A DNA stretch of 64,000 nt, from assembly GCF_009834535.1 (NCBI RefSeq), contig NC_045725.1, forward strand, positions 3,658,001 to 3,722,000, in the 5' to 3' direction. The stretch comes from Camelus ferus. Lineage: Eukaryota. The notes beneath the pieces are model-generated. The model was not told the DNA's origin. It saw nothing but the letters and a program-made list of their open reading frames with translations, and did not search any database. Positions 1 through 12,254 of the stretch are shown here, piece by piece. The translations under genes and the position numbers were made by a program. How positions within the stretch are numbered: position 1 is the stretch's first letter; each line of letters begins with the position of its first letter.

Positions 1-835
1 GTTTTATAGATGGAGTTCCTTCTATTCTGAACTAGCTGAGTGTATCTTTTAAATCATGAATGGTGTTAAATTTTGTCAAATATTCTTTTCACATAAATTG
101 ACAGTTGAAGACACATGATATTTCTTCCTTAATTTGTTAGTATAGTGGCATACCTTGACAGATTTTTAAAAGCTAAATCAACCTTGAATAACACTCCATG
201 TCCTCTCCACTAATCTCTGACCTTTGATTCCTGTGGTGAATCCATATACATTCAGATAATTATTAATATGCTACAACTTAACTTTGTCATTTTATCATTT
301 GCTTTCTATTTGTTTCCTCTGGTTCTGGTTGCTCCCTTTCTCTTTTTTTGACTTCCCATAAGTTATACATTGTTTAGAAATCTATTTTGATTTATTTATA
401 GTGTTTTTAAAACTTCCCTCTTTGTATAGTTTTTGTAGCAATTGCTCTGGTCATTAAAATATACCTGTGTGACGCATTACAGTCTACTGGTATCAACATT
501 TTACACCGTAAGTATGGAAGGCTCACCTCCAAGAGCCCTTTAACCTTCTACACTTTAAAATATCATTGTGTTGAGTAACAGATGGTCTTAAAATTTTTGT
601 TTCAACTGTGAAATAAGGTTTTTAAAAGTCTGAGGAAAAGGATAATATACTGTGTGTCCATCTTTCTGCTGTTCATTTTTCCTTCCACATGATCCAAGGA
701 CTTCTTTTTTATTTCCTTTTTGTTTGGAGAACTTCCTTTCATCCATATTTAAAGGTAGCCCTGCTAGCAACAAATTATTTTGGTTTTTCTATTATTTGAG
801 AATGTGTTTATTTCCCCCTTATTCCTAAAAAGGAA
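1..835 (-). mobile_element. Ancient L1 (L1M-type) fragment: ORF1 C-terminus, inter-ORF, ORF2 start, then a jump to the RT region
   Basis: The minus-strand translation contains FRNKGEINTFSNNRK, like the L1 ORF1p C-terminal KNEGEIKTFSD. About 260-200 gives a degenerate ORF2 start (like IITLNVNGLN..IKRQRL). 1-190 resembles the RT segment (like KAFDKIQHPFMIK..LGIEG). Many stops and frameshifts. Confidence 0.8.
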
Positions 836-847
836 AGAATTCATCAT

Positions 848-1365
848 CAGTCCAACTGCATACAATAATGTTAAAGTGAGTCCTTCAGGCAGAAGGAAAA
901 TGTTTTCTGGTGGAAATCTGGATACATCCCAGGGCTGCTCCCCTGTGGCACTACTGATATCTGGGCTAGAGAAGTTTGTTGTGGGGGGTTCCTGTGCAGC
1001 ACGGCTGCTTTGCAGCGTCCTGTGCCTCGAGCCCCTGCCTCCACCCACTGCTGCCAGGGCTACCCGCCCTTCCCCAGACGGGACCACAAGGTCTCACGCA
1101 GCGCGAGGCATCCCCTGGAGGGGGCAACATTTTTCTGGTTGAGAGTCACTCATCAATACAAAAAGATGAAGACTGCTGGAAATGATAACTATGTGGGTAA
1201 GAATAAAAGACAGTTTTCTTACTATTTAAATCTCTTTAAAAGATAATTGTTTAATGCAAAAATAATAATGCAATCAGGGATTTATAACATGTGTAGAAAT
1301 AATGTGTGACAGCAATAGCACAAGGCTGGGAGGAAAGAAATAAAACTGTACTTTTAAAGGTCCGT
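848..1365 (+). mobile_element. Ancient L1M fragment (ORF1 end/inter-ORF), interrupted by MER20
   Basis: aatgttaaagtgagtccttcaggcagaaggaaaatg...ggaaatctggat resumes after 1152 as caaaaagatgaagactgctggaaatgataactatgtgggtaa, collinear with the recalled L1M consensus. Confidence 0.75.
930..1151 (-). mobile_element. MER20 (hAT-Charlie non-autonomous DNA transposon)
   Basis: About 220 bp, cagggc...tttgttgtggggggttcctgtgca...cccctggaggggggcaa...ctggttgagagtcact. It matches the reverse complement of the recalled MER20 consensus end to end. No clear TSD. Confidence 0.8.
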
Positions 1366-1683
1366 AGAGAAAGGAAACAAAGCCTGTCCTTGCAGACCTT
1401 ACAGTCTGTAATGATTATATACTATGGTTTTATTTTTGTTTTGCTCACTGCTTTGGAACTGTTACTTTTTGGGGGGCCAGCTTGGGGGGGGCAGGGGGGT
1501 GACATTAACACAGTACATGGTCCACAGTAAAAACAATTTTAAAAATCCTCAAGTGTATCCTTAAAAGGCCGCAATTTGGCTGCTTGGCCAAAACCAATAG
1601 CTCAGACTCACCCCTGGGAAACACCTCTCCCCAGTGAACACAGCAGGGACCTACCTCAAAACCTGATCTGATCACCGGCACAA

Positions 1684-1772
1684 GCTGTGGAGCCAGAAAA
1701 TCTGGATTCTACTGTGAACTTGGAGGAGCTACTTCAGACCTCTGGGCTTCAGTTTCCACGTCTGTAAAAGGT
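1684..1772 (+). mobile_element. MIR core fragment
   Basis: ctgtgaacttggaggagctacttcagacctctgggcttcagtttccacgtctgtaaaagg resembles the MIR core. Confidence 0.65.
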
Positions 1773-4700
1773 CACTGCACCAGTGACTGGGAGGGCCCCA
1801 CAGATGACGTGGCCACGGAGAGAAAGCGCCGGCAGCCCGGCAGGCCCCACGCCCTCCCCGTGTGAGCTCGCTCAGCGCCTGTGCCTGAGGAACCGTCCCC
1901 AGCTACGCCGGCTGCGACAGAAAACCCCAGCGCAATTCTTCAGTACTTGTGAGATGTCAGCACGTACGGACTGTGCTGAGTTGGTACGTGAGTATGTGAC
2001 GCTGCGTAGAACAGTGACGCAGAGTTACAAGGACACCAGGCTTGTGATTTTTTTGAGGCTGTTTGTTTTGGGGATGTTTTCATTCCTGGGACTCAGCAGC
2101 AGTTAGCAGATATTTTAAAAAAGGTATTACTATAATATTCAAAACCTGATCACAACCTTCTGATGTCTAGTTGTCAATCAGAGAACAAGTAACTCCAAGG
2201 ACTTTTTCAACACCCACAATTTGCAGCCTGCTGGCAGCCCTACGGAGACTAGTAGACAATATTTAGGAAGACTTAAGAGGCTGCTGCCCTAAACCCTTTT
2301 AGAGCAGAGCTAGGGTTCAATACAGGGCCCTCGGACTGGCAACATATACCATCTGCCCCCACCCACCAACCCCTGTTGCTCAGAACATGAATTATTCGAG
2401 ATCTTTCTCCTCTTTACCAATAATTTTGTCTATTATTTGCTTTTCTCAGCTTGGCAGAAGCAATCTGGTTTTGAGGTGGGGTTCTTTTTTGCTATTTCCT
2501 ACCAATATTGTTTTGTCACATTTAGGTGAAGTAGTAGTATTCCTGTGTCCAGTGCTACCCAGGAATATTCAGCCTCAGAACAATTTCCACTAAATTTTTA
2601 AAAATTTGTTTTCTCTAAATCTCTGCCCTCCAAATGCATATTCACATTGATTACAATCCAGGATCTTTTGCATTTGGCAGGAACTCACACCTACATTTTT
2701 GAATGATGAATAAATGATATAATCTTATTTATTGACCAAACCCTAAAATAAAGCCAAAATTAACTGGAAGTATCTCTTTTACACCATGAAAATTATCTGT
2801 AAGTGTCCCTTTCACACCATGAATGAAAGCATGAACATTTGACTTCATCTGCGACACTTTCCAGTCTAAATAGCATGGATCCGTTGATTAGAAGAAACAA
2901 AATTCTTTTAACCTAATTGACGCCTTTTTCTTTCTTTCTTTCACCCATATTCAAATTATGCAGTGCAATATACCTAAGAGTGATTGTTAAATAAGTTAAG
3001 AATGGGGGGCAGCTGAGAGATTTAGGGGTCATTACAATCACTCGTTAGTGAGATACCAGAAGGCTGTTCCCGTGAAAAGAAGGGTGCACCAGTCAACACC
3101 CTTCTCCGCTCCCTTTACACATGTGAAGCCGTCACTGTGTCTGATCTGAACACACACCTGTGTGGTGGGAGTCAGACAGAACTCTCTTTCGGGCCCTCTG
3201 CTGAATTCCTTAGGCTGATCGTTCCAGTGGCCCTGCCTGTTCCTAAATGCCCGAGTTGAAAACGGCGCCCACGCGGAGGGCCATGTAGGTTGTCTGCGTC
3301 TGTGTGCGCCCCGCCCTGTGAGTTTCTCCCGTTTGCTGCATGAAACCTAACGGATGTGTCGGTGGGAGATGAGGAGCTGGCCCGTGGCCGGCAGCTCCAG
3401 ATTGCCGCCTGGAATCCGCTCTTTGATGCAGGTGTTCTTAATGGCTGCTTCATCAGCAAACTCAGACGTCGCGCTCGACGCCAGGGTCCCTGGGGGAGGG
3501 TCCCACGGCGGCAGTAAAGCCGCACCTGGCGCACTCCCGCCTGCGCGGCACCCTGTCCCCTGCCAGCTTTGGGTTGTTGGGCTTGGGCGGGGGTTCTGAT
3601 CTGTTTATTAGTGTGCTTTTCAAACCCCAATCTAGCAAGTCTATTTTGGGTTTGGTTTTCCCTTGACCTTCCCCAGGCTCTCAAGTCCAAGGGTCCTCCC
3701 CCTTGCCCTCACCAAGTTCCTCTGCAGGTCCTCCTCCACGCAGGGCGCCTACCATCCTCCCAACTTCAACACGAGCTCCGACACATTGGGAAGCAGGCAA
3801 GCAGTTTGAGGCACAGCTGCTCTGTTATCTGCAGGGACTCACACTTCACCTGCTCCAAGCTCTCTGTTGTCACCGGCTTAAGAGGCCGGCCGGCTAGAAT
3901 GCCTGCACAAACTCCTGTCTGCTCACCAGCACCGCGGCCTCCAGCCAGCAGCAAACCCGTGGGTTCTCGTGGGAGGTCCCACGGATTCCTAGGGTTTGAC
4001 TCTTCCAGCGGCTTAGAAAATTCTTTCACCTTCTCTTTAGGTTTTAGAATTGAAAAAAAAAAAACAAAACTCACTTCAACAATACAAGAGAAGAATGTGA
4101 GCCACACCTAGAACTTTCAATAGTCCAGATACGGTGTCATTTACAACTCACTTAATGACCTGCAGGCTCTGAAAAAGGCGGATGCAGGTGGCATCTTCCT
4201 CCACAAACTGGTCAACTAGTCGCCATTAAATTCGCAGACTCCTGCTTAATTGTTTTTCTTTGTTAAAAGCATGAGCACCTTTTTGTTTGTTTGTTTGAAA
4301 TCTAAAGCAGGACATCAGAAGGGTCTCACTGGGTGTCTGACGTCTGTGTCACGTGAAAGGGCGTTCTCCCACACGGCAAAACCTTTGCGGTGTGCAGTGT
4401 TCGATTCTCCCGCGCCTGACTTAAGTGCCGACACTCTGACATTTTCATGAGGTCTTAAAAACCTATTTTTTGGTCTGAAATGTAGAGAGGAAATGTGTTC
4501 TGTGTCTCTCCTCCTCCTCCTCTGTTCACACCTGTTGCTGTGCTCATTTCCTTAATTTGGTTCTGTTGCTTTTGCCCTGTTTTTTTATGCTGGTGGATGT
4601 TGAGTGACAACTACAGTGTGTTGGCCGTGGGGTCCAAATCTCTCGGCGCCTGTAACCGTCCTTGGCAAACGGGCGATTTCCTCCCCTGGGCCTGAGGCGT

Positions 4701-7085
4701 ATGGACCGTGCCTTTCAACAGCTCATTCCACCAGACGGAATTCCCAGGTTCTGCGTTAGGAAGTGTCTGCTCCACCCGTTACCGATGGCAGGTCAGAGAC
4801 ACCAGAGTCACAGCCGTTTCCCCCTCTTTGTGTCTGAGCTGCAGGGCAAACTTGGGGATTTGCGACAAATTCCTTAAAATGGCAGTCTTGAAATCGTGAT
4901 GAAGGATGCTCGCCGCACACATGCTCAACCTCATTTACTGGTGATGGCCGGGATGGAGGGGTTCTGCCCTCAGGCCGGGCAGGTACTCACTCAAGTACCT
5001 GGGATGAACGAGGTTCTCATTTCTTCCCATTCTGCAGCTGAGGACACTGAGGCAGAAGAGGCTAACCAACCCAGAGCCTGGTGCAAAAGGCTATGCTCTG
5101 AAAGTCCTCATCGGTAGGGTTTGTACAAAAATACATGTTCCTCCAGTTCCCTCCTAAAGGCTGAAAATTTGGCAGTATTCTATTACAGCATCTCTCTAAT
5201 CACCCTGAGGCAACCATAACTCACAACAACCTGACTGTGGACCGAGTTACAGCTCACTTCAGGAACACGGAAAAATGACTGCATCTTCCCTTCCTAGACT
5301 CTATTTTGTTTTCACCCATTTAGGCGGACTGCGTAATTAGAGAGTACATGTAGTTTCTTTGAAGACGCAATTCATTGGCAATTCTGATCCAGTTTAGAAT
5401 ATATACTAAATTAAGAGTGAATTCAGAGTTGAACATTCTGCTACATAAATTAATATTGGGGAAACAGGTATCATTTTAATAGTCAAAGACTGTAAATAGT
5501 TGTTTCGGGTTTTTTTTTTTTAATCTAAATCCACGTCCACAATAACCTCTGTTAATCTGAGGTCAATAAAGTTGACAGCTCTCCTGGGTCTTTGTGAAGA
5601 ACAGTCAATAAACATGTTTTATGTAGAATTCTTAATACAGTTTTAGCCCTTTGCACAACAGCTCCTAATTTTTAAGCTGCTAATAATGTTCCAAAAATAA
5701 ACCTTCCATCAGTTCAAGCTAGCACCTTTGTCTGAGAAAAAAAAATAATAAATGCATTGCCTACAAGCAGTTAAAAAATCAAAACTACTGCAAGCTCAGG
5801 AAGCATCTCTATAGGGAGTCCTTGCAAATGGTGACATAAGTCCCCATGCAAATCCACTCCTGTCAGCAATGTCACAGATGCAAAAAAAAGCAGGCACAAT
5901 AAATATGGAGTATATAGATATAAAGTAGCAACGATGCCACGCTGGAGGATTTATACGCCCCTCCATTCCTTGCTTAGAACGTGGACAATACAAAAGCCTT
6001 TAAACAATTCTATCTTCTTACAGGGTCATGGGACATCACAAAAGCAAATATTTTTTGTTTGTGCTGGCGATGTGTAAAAAGAAAAAAAAAGTCTTTTTCA
6101 AAACAGCACACAGTTTGTGTTATCTGTAACACGGTATTCAAAGACTGAGTTGTTCAAAGGAGAAAAGTGGTTATCAGAGTTGCCATCTGGCAGACTCCTC
6201 GTCGAAGTCACCCCGGAATCCTGTGTGTGTGTTTGTACGTGACGTTGCCTGGCATCTGGGGCATCGTTCTCTGGACTCTGCCTCTGGGCTTGGACCCAGG
6301 GATGCGGCAGTGGCCTTCCTGAGCCTTGGGGCATCCATCTCTCCAGCTCTGGGGCTGCATCATCACTGGTACCTGGATCCTTCTCCCCACCACCCACACC
6401 CCCACACCGGCCCCAGCCTCAGCAAGTGCTCCCTCCCTAAGCCTCCGCCCAGCAACCTGCCGTCCTTGGCAGAGTCTCTGCGCCACCCTGCCTTGGCCGT
6501 CCATCCAGTGAGCGTGCTGACCGCCCTCAGACCCCTCCTTTTGTGGAGACGCATCTCACGGTCTTGTCTCCAGGGCAGGGAGTGAAAGGAACGCTGGCCC
6601 GCACAGCCGACCCGGGCCCTCGTGAACATCCATTGAAACTGATTGATCTAATGCCTCGCATCTGCCAAGCTGTCATTCAAGCCAGGGGGGATTTGGACGG
6701 AGACAAGGCAAGCATTGTAAAAATGACTTTGTGAGCTAGTTTATGGGGCTCGCCTTGAACTCCTAGGTACAAGGAGGGCAGAAAAACCTCGTTTTCTACA
6801 AAAACAACTTGGGGTAAATGGGAAAATGCACTATAGCAGGAACGAGTGAATATTTCCCCTTGATTTGTGTCTGAAACATAAGAGTGAGGGGAAAATATCC
6901 CAGCTGTCTACGGCATTGTGTGAACATATACATGCATTTAAATTACTTATATCATTACTTACAGATGTAATTGTGAAATATGTTCTTTTTGCATTCAAAA
7001 TGAGGGACTGAACAGATGGCGAACGCTCAGTTTAAAGCAATATGTCCATTAAAATAACCCGTACTGTTCGTGTTTAGTGTAACAG

Positions 7086-7250
7086 TTGCAGGGAGTTCAC
7101 GATCGCGGGGCTCTGCGGCGCGCCGCTCGCCGGGGGAGGCGCACGCTGGGGAAGACGCGCGGCCTCCTCGGCGCCGCCGCCCCGGGACGGGGCTCCTTTC
7201 CCTCCACCGCCCGGCCACCAGCCGTGGGCTTTCACAGTCGGACGCTGGTG
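7086..7250. promoter_or_regulatory. Small CpG-dense patch (orphan CpG island-like)
   Basis: About 25 CpGs in about 160 bp by hand count, with an AT-rich left flank. Confidence 0.6.
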
Positions 7251-8992
7251 GTTTTACTTAGTATTTTGTTTCCAAATACGAAAGTCAATAAACAGCTGAC
7301 GTTTACCAATGCCTTGCTTCCGGGTTATTTTTTTTTTTTCCCTTCTCCAGATGTTCTGAAATGTGTGGTTCCAGATGCATCACCTCCTACAGGAGCCTCC
7401 CACTCCCTCTGCGAGTCATTGTCTCTCCTAATGAGCCCGGGTCAGGCGTGGGGGCTAACGGCACATCGGAGAGACAGCTCTCTTCTTTGGGCTCAGCAAC
7501 GACCACCAGGAAGCAAGGTATTGGAACAGAGCGGCGGCTGGGGGAGTTTCCCAATTGAGTCGTGGCTAAACAGACCCCACCTTGACCAAATGCGACCCCT
7601 CTCCTCCTCTCCTGCACACTCGCCACGTGAGCATTCTTTGAAAGGAAGGAAAATACACACCCTCCAGCCCTCCCCCTCCCACCCCCACCGCAAAGCTATG
7701 CCTGGCAGGGCCTCCCGCGTACCTGGCTGCGGTCTCAGCCCCTCTGTGGGGTCCTGAGCCCCGGAGGAGGGCGGCAGGTCCCCTTCCCAGGGAGCAGCCG
7801 GGGCCTTGCTGGCCCAGAGCCGACACGTAGTAGGGGCTGGGAAATGTTTGGCGAATAAATAATCAGTAAGGTTGGCACAGATGGCCTGGTGTTAAGTACC
7901 AGAGGCAAAGGGGAGATAAAAGAAATAAGCCAGCAACACCTGCCAAGACAAATAAATGAGGGAAGTCGCCTGGGGCCGTAAAGGGAGGGGTTAGAGGGGC
8001 AGGGACTCTGGCATGTGGGGAGAAAACAGACTGTGGACTGAAAAAAAGAAAGGAAAGACCCAAAGCAGCAGCGTGGCCCTGGCCGAGCAGGGGTGTCCTC
8101 GTGAAGTCGCAGGTGAGGTTCTAGGAGGCTCAACTCAAAGACATTTTCTCTGAAGCCCTCAGAGGAACAGAGCAGGGAACAGGAGCGACAAAGGAGCGCG
8201 AGCGGGGCCAGCTCTGGCAGGTGCGGTGGGGGGTGCACCTGGGAGAAGCCACCTGGAGACAGGCTTAGGGTGAAGCGAGGCCACACAGAGCCTCACCCGC
8301 TCTGAGTGTCCTTGCGAGGAGAGGAGATCAGGACGCGGACGCGGGGAGAGGGAAGCCCGCGTGAGGACGCGGGGAGAAGGCGGCCGTCTGCAGCCGCAGG
8401 ACAGAGGCCGCGGACACCGTGACCGTGGCCGTCCTGCCGCGTGCAAGCCACCCAGTCTGCGGCCCTTCGTTACAGGCGCGCGGGGAGCAGGTCAGGCGGG
8501 AAGAGGAAGCTGACGTGTCCACGGAAACGGAAGCTTTGCATCCGAGGGCGGGGACGACCGTCAGGGCATCAGAGAGACAGACGGGCAGGTGGGACCAGTC
8601 AGCCAGAACCCTCTCCCCCGGCCGGTCACCCCTCCCACGGCCAGCGTGTGCAGCCCCTTCCCTGGTCCGTCCACTTCCCCCCACACAGGGGCCTGCACTT
8701 CTTCCCAGCCAGTCTCCAAGGGCCAGGGAGCTGGGGACCCTCTGCAGCCCCCAGCCTGGCAGGCAGGGAGGCGAATCACTGGCAGAAACAGGAGAGCCGA
8801 GGACATCGGGCAGAGACGGGCTGGCTGCCCCGCGGTGGGCTGGGATGGCGCACAGCTGGCGTCCGGCTGCGTTTTGAGGAGTAAGTGGGAATTCGGGAAG
8901 AAAGGGAGCAGCACTGCAGACAGAAGGGGCGATGCGGGCAGACTGTGGGCTGAGAGCCGGGGAGCCCCAGACCAGCAAGGGTCTGGTGAGCC

Positions 8993-9184
8993 TGGGTCAC
9001 CGGGGTGGAGACCCAGAGAGCACTGCCCCCTCGTGGGGCACATGGCTTAGCAGGGGGCCTGGGCTTCCAGGGCGTGGGTGGGCTCACATGGGTCACGGGG
9101 GTGGAGACCCAGAGAGCACTGACCCCCTCGTGGGGTGCACGGCTTAGCGGGGGGCCTGGGCTTCCGGGGAGTGGGGGGTCGCAA
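8993..9184. repeat. Two-copy tandem duplication, ~96-bp GC-rich unit
   Basis: tgggtcac(c/g)ggggtggagacccagagagcactg...ggcctgggcttcc(a/g)ggg starts at 8993 and again at 9089. Confidence 0.95.
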
Positions 9185-10539
9185 GTTTGCATCTCACCCT
9201 GTAGGTGCCTCGGATCACTCTGTGCTGCTTCCATCGCGCACAACTGGTCCACGCATTTCCCTTCTCTGTGATGGTGAACTCCTACCCACCTCTCTAGGGC
9301 CCCATCCAGCTCAGCCATTACCTAATTCCTTGATGAAACCACCTCCCAAGTCCTCTACAGAATAGGTCTTCCGTTCTGTCCCCACAGCCTGCTGAGGACA
9401 ACTCCAGGAGAGCAGTCTGCCACGGTGGGCGCTGCTCGGGTCCTGCAGGGCTTCTCCGCTGTGTCTGCGGCCCCAGCAGGCCCTGGTCCAAGAGGTGTCT
9501 GCAGAGGGACTGAGCAAGCGAGCGGATGCAGGAATGCAGCGGACGCCCAGGTAGCCAGGAACAGAGCAGGGACCCGCAGGTGGGGCGCGTTATAGTCTCT
9601 CCACAGGCGTCAGGTCCTTCCTTTATGGGAGGAAAGTCCTGCAGCCTGAGGTTTCTCACGCTGCGAGCCGGGGTCAGGTCACACAGCCGGGCTGAGGCGG
9701 GAAGCAGCTGCGAACAGCGGCGGCGGCGGGGCTCCGGGAAGGAGCCCGCAGCACTGACAGGATTCCCGCGCCACAGGGGAGAGTCGCACGCGCGGGTGGG
9801 AGGGCTCGTGTGAACCCTTTCCGTTTACACAACGCTAACAGCTGACGGGAGTTTTTCAGAAGCTGGAGAAATTGGCGGAGGTATTTGGAAGACGAACAAA
9901 TTCCAGTTCAAGAAGTAAGAAGGAAAAAATACTGCGCTAAGGAGAATGAGGAGGAGGGGGAAGCTCTCCCGGGTTCGGGTGTCCGCGTGGGGGCATCTGA
10001 CTTTGGGGTCGAACAAGGGGGAAAGAAAAGCAGTTAAGAGATCAGGGACACAAGAGGCCTTAGACGGACAAAGCGTGGGGGGAGTTTTAGTGCAAAATGA
10101 ACACATACCAGTTTGTGACGAAAATAGAATTACAGTGATAGGTACATTGTGTGAATAACTTTATGGAAAACTCAAAAAATCAGAAGGTAACGGCCGTGAA
10201 AACAGCACATAAAGAGGCTGTTGAAACTTAGGAATTGCAGCCCAAATTATGCCTCCATTTCGAGACACAAGGCTCCTTCTCCTGGCTGCTTTTTCCCGTG
10301 TTGTAGACTCTGGAAGACGAGAGAGGGTCTCTCCACGCCAGCTTCCGAGCATCTGGCGCTGTACCAGGTGTCCGAGGACAACAGGGACTGAATTGAGGCG
10401 CAAATACAATGACTTTCACATTAAAATCTCATTGAATCGTGTTGGCCTAGAGGGAACATCAGATTATCTTTACAAATCAGGTGGTTTTAGGCAGATGGAA
10501 GAGACTGCGTTGAGCCCACGGTGGTCAGATCTGGCAGAC

Positions 10540-10760
10540 AGTCTGGAGGCGTGGAAGCTGACTCACCAGGGAGGAAAAGGCAGCTCGTGGTGGAAGAGCG
10601 AGAACCTGGTGCTCCGAGAACGTCCCCGTCTTGGTTTGCCACGTATCTGTGACCACAGCTACATGTCTTAAATTCTACTGATGGACACGCTTTGTACAGA
10701 TGTATATGGGATTCTCTCTGACTATAAACGTTATGCATCTTATTAAATAAGAAACCCATA
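10540..10760 (+). mobile_element. Highly diverged L1ME-type 3' end
   Basis: ggtgctccgagaacgtccccgtcttggtttg...ctataaacgttatgcatcttattaaataa resembles the L1ME 3' terminus. Confidence 0.45.
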
Positions 10761-11849
10761 AAACTATAAAGAATACAATTTTAAAAACTGTCGTTTCCTC
10801 AATTGCACGTAATTCGTTCTAGCCCTTCTCGCATGCACCCATTTTTGGTTTTCTTCATGAAATTAGTGTGAGAGTGGACATAGATTTTATTCTGCCTTTA
10901 AAATTTATTTCATTTTGCCCATTATTCAACATCACTTGAAAACACTCTCCTAATGCTGTGTAATACTCCGCCTCATGGACAGATTGGTTCCTTCAGTCAA
11001 GAGGTGGTTAATAAGCATTTGTTACGGGCCAGGGCCTTGGCTGGGCCCTGGGGCTATGAGGAGACGCAGGGGGACAGAGAGAAGGGAACGCGGGTTTAGG
11101 AACACGGGTACGTGTGGGCCGTGGCGGCAGCTGTTTAGTGTGTCTGCTATTTCTGGCATCGTAACCAACCATCCCACGTGGCAGAGGTCCTGGCCGGCCA
11201 GAGCCTAGACTGAGATGCAGATACAGGTGGACAAGCCTGCTGACCAGGTGCACACAGGCCCCTGGAGAGGTTCGCTGGAGGAGACCAGGGGGGAGACAGC
11301 GAGAGGGGTTTTTTCTGTCACTTTTCTGGAAGTGGAGTCCATGGAATTGGGAGGGGCAGCCTACCCTGTGAGCTTGACCCTGACCCACAAGAACAAGAGG
11401 GCTGTGGTCAAAAGAGAGCTGTTTTCAGGAGGGCCTCCAGGGAATACCGGAGACAGAGCCCCCAGAGACGGACGCCACTGTGCCCCTCGGGGTCAGAGCT
11501 GGAAGCCCCCCAGGGTCCGTGTGCCCGGCGCGGCTGCTGCACTCTCTGGGGGCGCTGCGTCAGCAGGGGAGGCCGGCGAGGGGCGAGCGAGCTCCAGACA
11601 CCCCTGGAGCACAGGAGACAGTGAAGGCGGCGTGGTGGCCATGGTAGCCGTGACTGTGGCTCTTAGCTGGTTTGGTGCAGGTTTTCTGGGGTCTTTGCGG
11701 AATAACTGCTGGTGGAAGGAGCTCTGCACAGGGCTGGAGGGTGTGTGTCAGCAGATGGAGTGGAAGGCCGCTCCTGACTGGACGGCCGGGAGGCCTCCGC
11801 AAGGCCGGTACCTGAGAAGCGGGGTCACTGCATCCACAGTGGTTACATC

Positions 11850-11990
11850 CACCAGGGCGCTGCGGACACCTGCCCAGCACCGCAAAGCGCTAAGTTTCAA
11901 TGGCGTGTTTGAATGTCCATTTCTGTATGCCCCAAAGATGGGGCATTTTACATATTCGTAAATTTCCATTTTCTTCCTCAATAAAACACC
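11850..11990 (+). mobile_element. Diverged L1M 3' terminus
   Basis: cccaaagatggggcattttacatattcgtaaatttcc...ctcaataaaa resembles the L1MC/ME 3' tip with its polyA signal. Confidence 0.45.
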
Positions 11991-12254
11991 TGTTAGGTCT
12001 CTTAAATTAAAAAAAAGGAAGAACAGTGTTTTCCCTAGGGAAATTTGTAAGGATGCATTGTAAGGATGTTAACTTTTTAGTTTCACGTTTGTTGTAGGTC
12101 TTGTCTTCATTTGTCATTTGCATCTAGTTTGAGTTATGATTTTTGATGTAAAAACCATTTCACCTTTATACAAATGTATCAGTCATTTTCTTTGATTGTA
12201 GCCTAATTTGTATGATAGCAAGCCCTTCCCCTCTCCTGGAACCAGTGAAAGAAT

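Noticed and set aside
3172-3690. Minus-strand open frames, including ..SEFADEAAIKNTCIKERIPGG..
   Set aside because: That frame has no ATG and the would-be acceptor at ~3527 lacks a polypyrimidine tract. I recognise no homologue.
6098-6629. Stack of overlapping 60-120 aa ORFs
   Set aside because: Open frames on both strands in GC-rich DNA with no protein similarity I can recognise.
11215-11961. Longest ORF in the track (248 aa, plus strand)
   Set aside because: No recognisable domain. Its composition is dominated by G/A/R/P from GC-rich DNA, its 3' end runs into an L1 remnant, and there are overlapping ORFs on the other strand.
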